This document shows positions 24,907-37,542 of a DNA stretch of 64,000 nucleotides, piece by piece. Within the stretch, counting starts at the first letter, position 1, and every line of letters starts with the position of its first letter. Origin of the DNA: Lama guanicoe (taxonomy: Eukaryota); assembly GCA_013239625.1 (NCBI GenBank), contig MU054187.1:19336711-19400710 (forward strand). Reading direction: 5' to 3'. Made by a program: the position numbers and the translations under genes. Under the pieces are notes generated by a model. It did no database searches. It worked only from the letters and a program-made list of their open reading frames with translations, and was not told the DNA's origin.

Positions 24907-25820
24907 GAAACCTGGACATGTGGGGTATTAATGTTATGAGAGTCTGGATCTTATTTAAGCCTTCTGTTTTAGCGGCTTTCCTCTGATTCCACACCAGCAA
25001 GGGAAGAGAAAGACTGTATCATTATTGCCACATCTGGAAAGAATCAGGTTCACCTGGGAAGAATCAGGTTCACACCTCCCCTGACACCTGAGAGAGGGGC
25101 TCCTCCCTACTGCTGGGCAAGGCGAGTCCTGGCTCGCCACTGGCCCCCCGCTGCCCTCCACCTTCCTGGCTGGGAGGAGCAGGGTCACTGCTCCCTATGC
25201 GGTCTCCGCTGACACCACCCCAGAGGTTGGAAGGGGCGCAAATCCAGACTCCTCCTGTGGTTTCCGCTTCCACAGGGGTGGAGGTAGCAGGTTTTGTTAG
25301 TATGCAGCAGGAATCAAAGTCTTGGCTCCTCACTGCTCAGCCTGCAGTGACACCACCCAGTGGCGTGGGTAGGGGACCCCGGGGCCTCCTTGGAGCCCAG
25401 CAAGGGTGGGAGTCCAGGCTTCCCCACCAGCCTTTGCGGGCAGGGTGGGGCCACGGTGTTTCTGTGATGACTGGCTGGAGAACAGTGGTTATCGTTGAAA
25501 ACTTTTATCTTGCCAGGGTGTCCCTCTTTTGGTCCTTTGGCTAAAGAGGACAGGCTTTTGTTGTTGTCATTGTTGTTTTGTCTGTTCCTGTTTCCTGGTC
25601 TCTGGCTTCTCTTCAAATCTGGGATATATGAGATAACCCACGTCACTCATCACGGTGTCACTCCTGGGGCCTTGAGGTCCACAGATGATCAGCCTTCTCT
25701 TTCCCACCTTTCCTAGTCTTCTTACGTGTTTCACAGAGCGTCTATGGTTTTGAGCTGTCCTTTATGGGAATAACAGGGGAAAGTACGTCTCACTCCACCC
25801 ACGCAGAAGCAGATCAAGTC
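24907..25820 (-). mobile_element. Old L1 5' UTR region (continuation of 23,130-23,709)
   Basis: Resumes at the right TSD; GC-richer sequence like an L1M 5' end; contains a 20-bp tandem duplication at 25,034-25,073. Confidence 0.6.
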
Positions 25821-28399
25821 CTTCTGTTTATCTTGAGGTTAAAATTAGAAACCTTATCAAGCAAGGAAGTTGTACTTACTATGCAGAGAAAGCTCCATCA
25901 AGTAGCAGCAAAAGTTGACATGAGATCACTGTCAAATACTTATCAAATGACCTTAAGGAAAACTTTATAAATGTGCAACGGCATTTAAGCCATAAGAAAA
26001 CCAGATTTACAAAAAACATATGTATTTTAACTGTTCTCAAAAATTCACCAAGGATTTTATTTCAAATTTGTATTTTAAGATATTTCAAGAAAAAGAAAGG
26101 GAACTTTTCTTTGTGGGTGATGTTTTACAATCAGTTACCTGTAATAGTGAGCTTTTTAGGGTTTTTTTTTCCTTACTTCAGTAATTATCTGAAGACATCT
26201 TTCTTTCCTAAGCTGTCTGTAAGAAGGAGCTACAAGGATATTAAGTGTGATTGTATTTATATTATCTGAAAGCTTTGCTCCCACATGACCTCTTTAAAGA
26301 ATTTAAGAGGACGAGATGTGTGCTAAGGGACAGCAGTCATTATTACAGAGCAGACAGAGTCCCAATATGACATCTGTTTTCCTTCAATTAACCCTTTATT
26401 TTAGATGAAATGGACAGAGTGGCAAAAGCACAGCCACCAGTAAATAAAAGTCTGGCGAAAATCCACCGAGATGTAGTCTTTTTTTTCCCAGAAATTCTTT
26501 TTTGCCGATCAACAGGAAAGGTGACTCCTCAGAAGAAATTTAGCCTAAAAAAGTGTCCAAGTCAAAGAAGATAAAGTAGCAAGAAATGAGTAAATGAAAA
26601 TAACCTTCAAATGGATAAAAAGCACTTAAAAACAATCTGAGAGGAGCTGTGAGTGAAGACAGTTGGGCAGTGACTTGGAGCAGGTCCGGGAAAACCAGGG
26701 TTCGGATTTTGTACTAGCTTCCCAATTAGAAGCAAATGGTAACTCCTCGGGGTAGACTCTAAATTCGCCGCATTATTTCTTCATGCAGCCATCTTCTCCT
26801 CCTTGGGTGAACAGAAGGAGACGGCATGGTACGATACTCAGCGAAATGTAAAATGAGGATTAACAAGCCATTCTGGAGACTTAGCAAAATTAGGCTCCAT
26901 CAACCAGCTTGACTCACAGCCAAGCCGGCCAAAAAGCATCCTAGAAAGAAAACTAACAGTGAAGGAAGGGACAGGAGCACAGAAGAATGAAGTAACTCAC
27001 AGGCCTATTCAAACCGTGAGAAGGTGCATTGTGCTCCGCGATCAACCAAGCCCATTACTAGAATAACAAGAGTCCATTCTGTCCTCAGAATACAAGCCCA
27101 AAACAGCCCACTCGTCCACTGCAAAGTCTGCTTGGGAAACAAAGAGTGCGTCCCCCTACCTGTCTCCATAGAAGAGAATTTATCAGCAGGGAGGGACACA
27201 TTGGAGGTGTGCAGACTGACTGATTTTTCCTTTATGTGAGAAGGACACATGAGCCATCCTTACAGAGCTGAGGTGTGGCAGCAGAAAGAACCCTCAGCCT
27301 GGAGAGCTGTGCTGCGGGCAGTCACCTGGATTTGCCAGGCAGCCAGCGCTGGTGAAGACATAGGAAGCAATTCTGTATCCTGCCCACCATAGTTATAAGA
27401 CTTGAGACAGTTACAGGAAGGGGGAGGCATTTTAATGCCATTGGCTTCTTCCCAAGATCTGTCAAGGATCAGTGAGAAAACACTGATTGAAACCTTAAGG
27501 TTCTTTAGCACTACCAAATTTACTCTAAATTTAAGATATTTTAATGTTGCCTAATTACCTCATGTTTTGTCAAAAATAACTCCAGAGTATCTATTATCTC
27601 AAGAAAGCTTCAGATTTGGGTGCACGTCTTGTATTCTGTATTATTTACATACCAACTCCTTCCTAAAAAGATCAGAAGTAGCCTCACTGATTTATCAGTT
27701 TACCAAAAAAATGTACAAGACCCAAGGGGAGCATGTGTTGTGTGATAGTAGCTCATGAAAATTACAACTGGATATCAATGTTATGTTTATGATCTTTCAT
27801 CAGCCAAAGTCCATTTCTCTTCAAAAGAATAACTCCTGGTACTAAAACAAACATTCTATAATCATTACTGATTGGGGATTTTTTTTCACCTCTATTGTTT
27901 CCGCTAATACATATAACCCTAACATGTTTATCTTTGTTGTGGATAACTAAGAAAATGATATCTTTAGGTGTAATCAGAGAAAACTGGGTAAGGAAACCTG
28001 AAAAAAATAGTTGGAAAGTGCAAAGCCTTTAAAAAGAAAACAAATTAATCTGCCTTGCCAAACAAACATTTAAATAAAACCAAACCACCATGTACATATT
28101 CAGAAAAAAAGCTAGCTTAACACACCAGGAGAAAGAACCGGAGATGCTGAGCTCTAACAAGGGCAAGGGGGAGTTATTGTTTTAAAATGTCAAAATGAAA
28201 GGCTTTAGACAAATTGAAGAGGTTCATTTACCATTCTTACGGGGGGGAAAGTTAACTCAGCCAAGAACAGTTTCTTTCTTGGCAATAATAGCTAGTCTAT
28301 TTGCTTTTAGCTTTTTGAGAAATCATACCGCATTCTTGCTGTTCTCTCTTGAAATTCAATATGCTAAATTATTTTACACGTGGAGATTTGTCACCACTC

Positions 28400-28842
28400 T
28401 GTCAAGAACTGTGAAGGCTCTGAGATTTTACCTGACTTGTAAGCTAACAAGGTGGCCTGCCACATTTCATGGATGCTGTAAGAAGACACAAGACTCCTGG
28501 GTCAGAGACAAAGGACTGTGTTACTTGCAGCCTGGCAAGCAGCATGAGCTTCATGTTCGGTCACTTCTGCTGGTGCTCAGGCCCCACGGGTGCTGTGGAG
28601 GAGCTCAGGTGGGTGCTGTGCTTACAGTGGGTTTCCATCACACCTAGAGAACCCTGAGTCTGGGGAGCATGAATTGTTCACAACGGAGCCTTGTCCCGAT
28701 GGAGGTAGTCTTACACTGGGCAGGAAACAATCCCACCCACTGCTCTGAAATGGACACTCTCTGTCTCCTAAGGCTGTTTATGTCACAAACATCCTTGAAA
28801 AAAGAGGGCTTCTGCCTGCAAGACATGTGAGAGACCCCCACA
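28400..28842 (-). mobile_element. Solo ERVL-class LTR (LTR40-like)
   Basis: 443 bp, TG...CA ends, perfect 5-bp TSD CACTC (28,395-28,399 and 28,843-28,847). Family name and orientation are from recalled consensus. Confidence 0.85.
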
Positions 28843-28879
28843 CACTCTCACTGAAAACAAACAAACAAACCAAACAACA

Positions 28880-29110
28880 AAACCTGTGAAGACATTGAAA
28901 TTTGCATTACGGTTATAGATTAATTTCAGAAAGGACTGTATCTTTCCTATATTGAGTTTCCCAAGCTATGAACATTGTACGTCTTTCCCTTTACTTAAGT
29001 CTGTTCTATGTTTCAATATAGTTTTATAATTCTCCTCACAAAGGTAAGATCTTCCTTGAGTCTTCTGTAGTTTCTGTTGCCCATGTAAATGGTATTTTTC
29101 TATTATTTAA
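28880..29110 (-). mobile_element. Old L1 ORF2 fragment
   Basis: tatagattaattt...atattgagtttcccaagctatgaacat...gttttataattctcctcacaaagg. Confidence 0.65.
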
Positions 29111-29289
29111 AATGATCTAAAACAATTATCTATTTCTCCCTGGAAAAGAGAAACACAAGGATGATACATCCCACAGTCTTTCTGAACTATCTCCCAGGTA
29201 ACTTCTGGAATTCCCTCTCTGCTTTATCAATCAACATTCCGCAAACTTCACAGAGAACCTCCATGTATGTCCTCGGGGTGGACTATCAG

Positions 29290-29470
29290 CATAGCTAAGC
29301 ACTTTGGAGCTCCTACTATGTGCCTGGTACCAGACCTATGATGTCTGTGTAGTACCTCTTTTATCCCTCAAAACGCTCTGTAAGATATATTCTGTTATTT
29401 AGATGAGGACAACGAGATAGACAGAACATGTCATCTGCCCTAGATCACACGGTGGTAAGCGAGAGAACAT
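29290..29470 (-). mobile_element. MIR
   Basis: gagctcctactatgtgcctgg...agatgaggacaacgag...ctgccctagatcacac. Confidence 0.7.
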
Positions 29471-31156
29471 GTTAAATGTCCTCAAAGAATTTCCAATCTG
29501 GCCTTCAGAGTTACGTACGCATGAAAATTTCAGCTCTTGACTAACGGTGACTCTCCTGTCCAGAAGGGAGTTTCTGGGATTGGCTGAAATGCATGTAGCT
29601 CTGGACCTCAGGTCAGGAGGCTTCTGCTGAAGTTCGGCCCCACAACCTCCTCGCTTTTTGCTGTGTGCAGGCAAGTCATGCACCTGTTTAAGTCCTTGGT
29701 TTCAATGCCACAGTGAAAATTCTGCTTGCTTTCTCAGTGTCATCATTGAGCAGCATGCCTTCCCCAGCATCATCCAGAAAAACAACGAAGCGAGTTATTT
29801 CTCAAGTCAATGCTATACGTGTGCCATTCTACCTAAGTCAGAAGGACATGTGATCTGATATAACAATGCACTCTTTAATCCCTAACTGATCTCTAAACGA
29901 GTGTCGATTTCTTGAGGGGGTGAGCTTCAATAGAGAAACCACAGGAAAACAGAGGGAGTGAACACGACTTCTATCAGATCTCCCTTAACCCCCAGTGCAG
30001 ATGCTTCCCCACTTGGTGACCTACGCAAGTCACGCCCCCACTTCAACTAGATTTCCTCTGCTACAGAGCGGAAATTGTGAGGCTTTAATGCCACACAGTA
30101 ATGTGCTTGAAAAACACTTGGTTTTCAATAAATGTTTAATGAATGAAGCCTCCAAGACATATACTGAACAGAATGAAATGCAAAAGGAAGAAAATATGTT
30201 AGTAAAGCTAGCTGCTTTGGCACCGTCAAAACTAACTGCACAAAAACTGAACTGACTACGGACCTGACCCGAGGCTGCCCCATGTAAGTCATCCTACTCT
30301 CAGTGGCTGAGCCAGGAATCAAGGATGCAGCTAGTGCTTGGGGAGATGACCCAGTACAATTAATTTTAAACAGGCTTGAGGGTGGTCACAAAGTCTCAAA
30401 ATTGGTGGATACACGTAACATACACATAACATATGGTACATTAATATTACTTTACAATATGCAATATGTTCCAGGACATATATGTCTGTGTTTCCAGACT
30501 ACAGACAATCTACATAATCAACAGAAATGCTTTCATGACCGTCACAAAGCTGAAGTCTCTTCCCGCTCTACAAATCCAGCCTTCTTTAAATTGCAGTCAA
30601 ACCTTTGCTTTTCTTTTCATTTTGAGATTGTCAGTGAAGTTCCTCTTTTGCTTACAGACAAATGCAGGCAAGAGGGGGGGAACGTTTTGCTTTCACAATA
30701 CGATGCATTGTCTCGTTTGCTATACCCCTGGAAGCGGCCCTGAGCCCACCCCACACCATCCATGACGGAAACGAGACTGACCCCCAGCACCAGGCAACAA
30801 AATGCCCCTCCGGGAAAACCTGTGGCAATCATGGTGGGGTCTGCTCTCCCCTGCCAACTCTGCACGACAGAACAGTCAGGCGTGAGGGGAGACAGAGCCC
30901 CTTCATCGCTTCCAGGAAGCTCATTCAAGCTGGGTTCATGCCTGAGACAGGCAGTTCATAACTGGAGTCCAGTGTGGGTGGTGGCTGACAGCCTGCAGGG
31001 TGTCAGACTACAGCTCCCCGCTGTCCTCTGGTCTGCCTGCTGCAAGGAGCATGGCTGTGTAGGACGGAGGGTGGGGTGGGACCCTGCTCTGGGATAATCT
31101 TTTCTTGCTCTTTTTTCATGCTCCTCCCCTCTCCATCATCCCTGGGGCCGAGGGCA

Positions 31157-31537
31157 TGTTATCAGCTGCACTGTGTTTCCTCCAGATTCTCATGCTGAAG
31201 TTCTAACTCTCAGTACTCTGGAGTGCGACCGTATTTGGAGACAGGTCTTTAAAGAGGCAATGAGGTTAAATGAGGTCATTAGGGTGGGACCTAATCTAAT
31301 CTGATCAGTGTCCTTATATGAAGAGATGACACAGAGAGACATCGGGGCACAGAGGCACAGAGGGACAATGACGTAGTGAGAAGACGGCCACCCAAAAGCC
31401 CAGAAGAGAGGAAAGCCAATCCTGCCGACACATCGATCCCGGGCATCCAGCCTCCAGAACTGTAAGGAAATAAATGCCAGGTGCTGAAGCCCCCAGTCTG
31501 CGGCAGTCTGGCACGGGGGCCCTGACAAGGTAACACA
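31157..31537 (+). mobile_element. Solo MLT1A/B LTR
   Basis: tgttat...gtatttggagacaggtctttaaagagg...ccagcctccagaactgtaaggaaataaat...aacaca; flanks gggca / gagtg are consistent with a decayed 5-bp TSD. Confidence 0.9.
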
Positions 31538-32259
31538 GAGTGCCTCCCTTGCTAAAAGTCACGCCAACCTAAACTTTATTATGAAATTAAATCTGCCAGA
31601 GAAATATGTTCCATACCCTACCCGCAGAAGAAACTAAAGCTGGAACCTTCCTCACTTTCGGATGGGGCAGGCAGGTAATTCATTTAAGTAAATGTGTTTT
31701 CAAAGGCAGCTTTTACACAAGCTTTCTAATGATCAGTGTGCTCTTCACTCTGCGACCCTCCTCCACGTCTTCAACATCATTTTCACAACTCTTGGTTCCA
31801 GAACCACTTAAGACATAAATGATTCATGACAACTGAAAGCATGATATTTTCCTGTGAGGCATAGTGGTTGGGTTTCTAGGTCTATGGTTGATTAAAAAAA
31901 AATGCTACCCCTTAACCCTCTTAACTTCTTTTATGGAAAAAAGGCAAAAAAGAAACCCAGAAAGACTGACAAAGATCAAATGTCTCCTTTGTGATATATA
32001 TCTTCCTCTCCCCCTGGACTTAAAATTCTACCTTTAAGAAACAAAATTAAACTTTTCTTTCAGAAAAGCCAGCAAAAATGGACGTTTCTGGTTCTGTCCC
32101 ACATTGGGATGTACTGAGTCCTGGGTTTGAGAGAAGGATCGTGTTCGCTCATGAGATGTATTTACCTACAAGGGGTTTCTGAATTTTACAGAGCCTTTCC
32201 TCCCATCTCCACGCAGGCAGGACTAGTTACAGAAAGGGGCAGCCTGCTTCGCCAGTCAT

Positions 32260-32560
32260 AACATGCACTGGCGGCGTGACCTTGGGCCAGACGCTTAATC
32301 ACACTGAGCCTGTTTCCTAATCTGTAACCTAGGGAAAACACATTTCTCTTACAGGGTTGTTGTGAGAATGAAATGGGGATCCTCAAGAAAGCACGGTCCT
32401 TAGACACAACATTTTCTCAAAAACTGGTCCATGGACTTCGTGCATCAGACATTCAGAGGCATGATGAAGTCTGGGGTCCCACTGCAAGTCACTGGACCAG
32501 GATGGAGTCTAGAAACCAGCATTTTGAACAAGCATTTTCACAAGTGAATTAAAGCTGGTG
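32260..32560. mobile_element. MIR (+) followed by a MER5-like fragment
   Basis: gtgaccttgggc...ctgagcctgtttcctaatctgtaa...cagggttgttgtgagaat; then ttctcaaaactggtccatggac...gcattttgaacaagc. Confidence 0.7.
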
Positions 32561-32869
32561 TCCTTGACAGGCCCGGTCTGGACAGAGGACAGAAGAGGAG
32601 CCCACGACCAGCATTTTAGCAACAAGTCTGTAGCAGGTATCCTGGTTCCCAGATCTGGGCTCCCGCCCGGGATACCAGCATCTCTGCCCTGGTTCTAGTT
32701 CCCCTTTTGTCCTGCTCCAAAGTGACATCCCTAAAATAGAAATCTGGCCGAGCTGCTCCCTGGTCCGGAGCACCCCACCTCCATTCTCTGCCCTCCTGGT
32801 CTCCTCCGAGTGCCTGAGTCTGCTCGGCCCAGGGTGGTCTCTGAATTCCAGCCAACTCTGCTGATTTTG

Positions 32870-33120
32870 TTCACATTTCAGCCTAAATGTCACCCCCTCG
32901 GGGGGCCCTCCCTAACCCCCCTGTCACTCCCAGTAACATTAATATACTTTACTTTCCCGCCCAGAACTTAACCCCTGCTGACAGTCCCTTGTTCATGTGG
33001 TTGTCTCCTCCCACTAGAAAGTCAGGGTAGGCAGAGCTTGTCTGCTGCTCTATTCACTGCCCATCACGGCACCTGGTACACAGAAAGAACTCAATAAATG
33101 CACGCTGAATGGATGAACAC
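32870..33120 (+). mobile_element. L2 3' end
   Basis: cctaaatgtcacc...cctggtacacagaaagaactcaataaatgcacgctgaatggatgaa. Confidence 0.8.
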
Positions 33121-34446
33121 ATTAATATTCATCATTCGCCTGCACCGCCAGCCTCGGCAAGGCTCTCACGCTGTGCAGGAGGCTGACCGCTGAAGAGTTG
33201 TATTTCTTACCTGCAACCAGACGGCTGCGGGGCAGCGTTCACTTTATGTGTTATCTGTGCTCAGAGGAAACGTTCCAGAAATACAGTGTCTGTAAACTGA
33301 CCCCATTAAATTAAAGAAAGCTGGCATTTAAATCATTCCTATATCTTCATAGTGGAGAAGTGAAGCATTTCTTTTTTCTTTTTTTGCACAGCTGTATTTT
33401 CCTAAAATTTCACACAAAATGTCTTTAGAACAGTTAGCTGTGCATACTTGTTAATGCCAAAATCACCTCCCTTAAGTGGCCCTACTTACTGATAAAAGTA
33501 AAAGTATTGTCATCATCTTTGAAACAAAATACCCCTTAACAATAAAGCAGTCGGGTCCAGGGAGTATGGTAAACCCACTCGTGTTATAACTGTTCTCAGC
33601 CCCTTTAGAAACTGTGAACAATGAAGCCATCCAAAGGCTCTTGTGAGCTGCTCTCCGCAAAAGGGACGTGCATTCTGACCACAGCCTATCTAGAGGAAAG
33701 GCTTTCTAAAGCTAGCTTTATAAAGAAGCCTATTCGAATGCATTTCTGTCCATCTCCTGGACTTGTTATTGTGTAACGAAAGAGTTCAGAGACCCATAGG
33801 TACATTAAGAATAAAAGAAAACTGAATAGACGACAGTTCCACTGACTTCCCCTCCCCCGACCAATTCAGAAAAAATTATATTCTATGCAACAGTCTCCCA
33901 GCCAAGACCCTGCCACCCCTCTCCCTCCCAAAGGGAAAAGCAGAGTGAAAATCTCCACGTGGGAACGTTAATTGGTTCTCCTGCGGGTGTCATTGTGGGG
34001 AGTGAGTTCCAAGTGAACTCACTTAACGGCAGACGAGGGAGGAGGACGCGTGGCTTCGGTTTACAGAGTTACAAAAAGGAAAGATGAAAATAGTTGGTTG
34101 CAAGGCAGGAAGCCAAAGTTATGAAAGGAAAATCGGGCCCCTGGGTGCCAGCCTCACAAAGAGATAAGTACAAGCTTCTTCCAAAATGGTTCCTGGCCGA
34201 CCAGGGGCACGTGGCCACCCGGGATTTACAGAGCAGAACGCAGCCCCAGCGGGAGAAGCTGTCACACCCGCCAGGCGAGTGTAGGCACCACTTACAGACA
34301 CCCACGCCCGAGATGAACCTGAAGGGATGAAGGACTGACTCGTACTGTTTAATTTCTACCCAACCTTTTCAAACCTCCCTGCCCCTCCTTCCACAATGGC
34401 TTGTGACCTGTAACAACAGACAGGGGTCACGTCACGCCACGACGCT

Positions 34447-34624
34447 GGTGGTTCTCAGTAACGGCCGCATCCCCTGGGGGCACTTTTGAGAACCACCCCA
34501 GGGGAGCCCACCAACCCTGACCACGCATGTTAATCAGAATTACTGGGGGCGAGCCCTGAGCATCACTCACTAAGTATGAAACCCTCAGGTGATGCTCTTT
34601 GCAGCCAGGGTGGAGAACCACTGC
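34447..34624. mobile_element. MER5-like hAT MITE
   Basis: gtggttctca...caggtgatgctctttgcagccagggtggagaaccactg (inverted ends). Confidence 0.75.
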
Positions 34625-35109
34625 TCTAAAGGCAGCTGGAGGGAAAGAGGGAGCGAGACCAACGTAAGAGGGATCAGCCGGTGCACCCCAACAGAGAGGG
34701 GCAGCATCACCTCAGCCCAGAGAAGGTGGGGGGCGGGTTTAAATGCAGAAGAAAATGCAGTGGACACCAGGTGGGGCCACTGTGCGCTGTCAGCCCTTTA
34801 ACGACAGGAAATGTGGTAAGGAGAAGAAATGTTTGAAAATTCAAGGAAGATGCCTGGCAAGGGAAGACAGGTGCAAAACCAAGACCGGACAAGTTGAGCT
34901 ATTTAACATTGAGAGATAAGAGAGAAAATGAACCTTGGGAAGAGGTTGTAAGACCTGCTCGGAAACTGCCGGCTGAAGCTTGAAGTAGGAGGTGGGTGTG
35001 AGCTGAGTGAGACACCGGAGAATAGTCTGTGATAAGGGAAGGCAGGTGTGTACTCTCACTACCAAAAGGCAATGATTCAACGCCTTCTCACATTGATGGT
35101 TCCCCTTTA

Positions 35110-35265
35110 TTTTTTGTGGGTTTTTTTGGGGGAAGATTAGGTTTATTCATCTATTTGTGTATTTATTTAATGGAGATACTGGGATTGAACCCAGGACCTT
35201 GTGCACGCTAAGCACGCATTCTACCACTGAGCTATACCACTGAGCTATACCCGCACCTGCCCCGG
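35110..35265 (-). mobile_element. tRNA-derived SINE (vic-1-like) with duplicated A box
   Basis: Minus strand gtatagctcagtggtatagctcagtggtagaatgcgtgcttagcgtgcacaaggtcctgggttcaatccc; TSD gatggttccccttta (35,095-35,109) / gatggttcgttccccttta (35,266-35,284). Confidence 0.9.
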
Positions 35266-35989
35266 GATGGTTCGTTCCCCTTTAGATAGAAATTTTGGTG
35301 CCACACTTGAAGCAATTAAGAACTTAAAAAAAAGGAAGGTAGCAAATAATAGCAATGTAGTCCCTAATGCGTGTTCCTGAGTGCCGATGAAAACATCCAG
35401 AGTTGTCCCCTCCTCCTCTCGGTGGACCTTGGGTGCACTTTGCTCTTTAAGAACTCATTAGTCCCTTGATGTTTTGAGTCTTCAGAAGGCAAAATTCTTG
35501 GTTGTCCCTAAAAATGTGCAATTTTTCTCTGATGCTGATGCAACACTACACTCTGCTCTTTTTTCTAATTTGCAGAAATTGGGTCCCTTTATTCATCAAT
35601 GGGCCCCATGGTGTGTCGTATATTCTGTCCAAGTAATGCTGCTATAAGAGCCCGCCTACTCACATGTGACAAAGGGAAATTTACACACTGGTTGAAATAC
35701 TTATTCACCTTCACAACGAGTCTACGGCTCCCTAGGCGTGCCATGGAAGACCAGCTAATACCCACCACCTCACAACTACAGTTTTCTGGGTACCACCCCT
35801 GGAATCTGGAAATTAACAGAGATGTGAAATATATGGTTAGAAGACTAACAAGCTGAATACTATTAGGCAAATTATATAAAATGATTACGTAGGATTTTTA
35901 ACAAATTGGAACAAGCCTGAAATGTCTTGGCGTTGGACAGGTGTCCTTCTAAATCGTGAGCCCTCATGTCATTTTTTTCATGTCTTTTC

Positions 35990-36285
35990 TTTTTTGAAAA
36001 AAATGACTTCTTTTTTAATGTTTTAAATTGAAGTATAGTTGACTTACAATGTTGTATTGGTTTCTGGTATACAGCAAAGTGATTCTGTTATACATATGTA
36101 CTTTTTCAGATTCTTTTCCATCACGATTTATTACAAGATATTGAATATAGTGCCCTGTGCTATATAGTAGGACCTTTTTATTTATTTATTTTATATTTAG
36201 TAGCATGTTATCTACTAATCCCAAACTCCTAATTTATCCCTTTACCCCTCTTCCTCTTTGGTAACCATAGGCTTGCCTTCCATCT
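35990..36285 (-). mobile_element. L1 3' UTR end
   Basis: attgaagtatagttgacttacaatgttg...gaatatagtgccctgtgctatatagtagg...tttggtaaccata. Confidence 0.88.
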
Positions 36286-37542
36286 TCACGTCTTTCTTGA
36301 ATTCTCAATATCTTCATCTCATGAGAACTGACATTAGTGAATTCCCTACCCTGGTTTTTCTCTCTTCCTACAGCTGTTCAGTCTCACTGCCCACGATTTT
36401 GTGATGGGTGTGAAGGTTACCAAGCATAAGTCTGGGGCTACCTGGAATGATAGCTACTGTTGTTACCTTTGAATTTTTCTTCAAGGACATATTTCTGACC
36501 CTAAAAAACTATCTTCATCATCTGGGGCCCTGAGCCTGGGGGGTTGGCCTGGATGGACATGGCTATAATCCAGGCCTGTAGCAGGATGGTGAAACCACAA
36601 ACCATAAGAGAATGTGGGTCTGGCTGGCCGTGACACATCCATACCTGGCCTTCATCCACTGAAGCGGAACAGCTACCGTGGCATTTCATCAAGTGGGATG
36701 GGAAGTTCATGACGTGAAAGACAGGTGCGCCACGGCGAAGCTGGATAAAGTGTGTACCTGGCAGAGGAGATGGGGGCAGGGGACTGGAAAGAGGATAGAA
36801 CACTGACTTGAAGTGTAACATCCTGGGATACACTGGGGCAGGTTCATGAACCTTCATCCACGTTGCGAAATGCGAGATTTTGTGAAAACAGGGTTTCTCT
36901 GGTACTTTGCTACCAAACGAACTTGCTCCAAACCCTGACCTGAGCTGAGCTGAGGCCTTGTCTTTTTCTGTCCAACTAAATGTGAATATTCATCTGTTTT
37001 GCTACAGAGATGATGGTATTTCCTGATGCCCGTGGCAGTATTACGTAACACACAGGAAATGGACTGCACTCCCCTCCTAAAAGCTGGATTCTGAAAGCCA
37101 CGTGGCCCCAAAGGGTCTGACTAAGGAGTTGTTGACCTGGATACAACTCCCCAGACAGGTGAGTTCTCCAGATTTAATCCTTTTATAGCTTGCCCATATT
37201 ATGCTGGTATTTACCTGACCTCAGTGTTTCAATGATTTCTGTAACATTATTTTATTAGACAAAACAGGACAAAACTGAAAAACAGACATACCACAAACGC
37301 TTTCTTGCCCCACATGGGCTGCATTAAACACACGTGCTTATCTTCTCCTTTGGCGCATTTTTCTCACTGTCTTAGTCTGGGGGTTCTGATAACTAACTGT
37401 ACCCAATCCTGCACGGTAGCATGTGGATGGTACAGGTCATAGGAAACACAGAAACATGATGCTGATCTTCAAAACAAAGCTATCAGACTACATGCTTCAT
37501 TGTAAAAATTAATATTGCAAATGAAATGTCTCAAGATTTGCT

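Noticed and set aside
28195..28841. 150-aa ORF and neighbours
   Set aside because: They run into or lie within a solo LTR and lack splice or coding signals.
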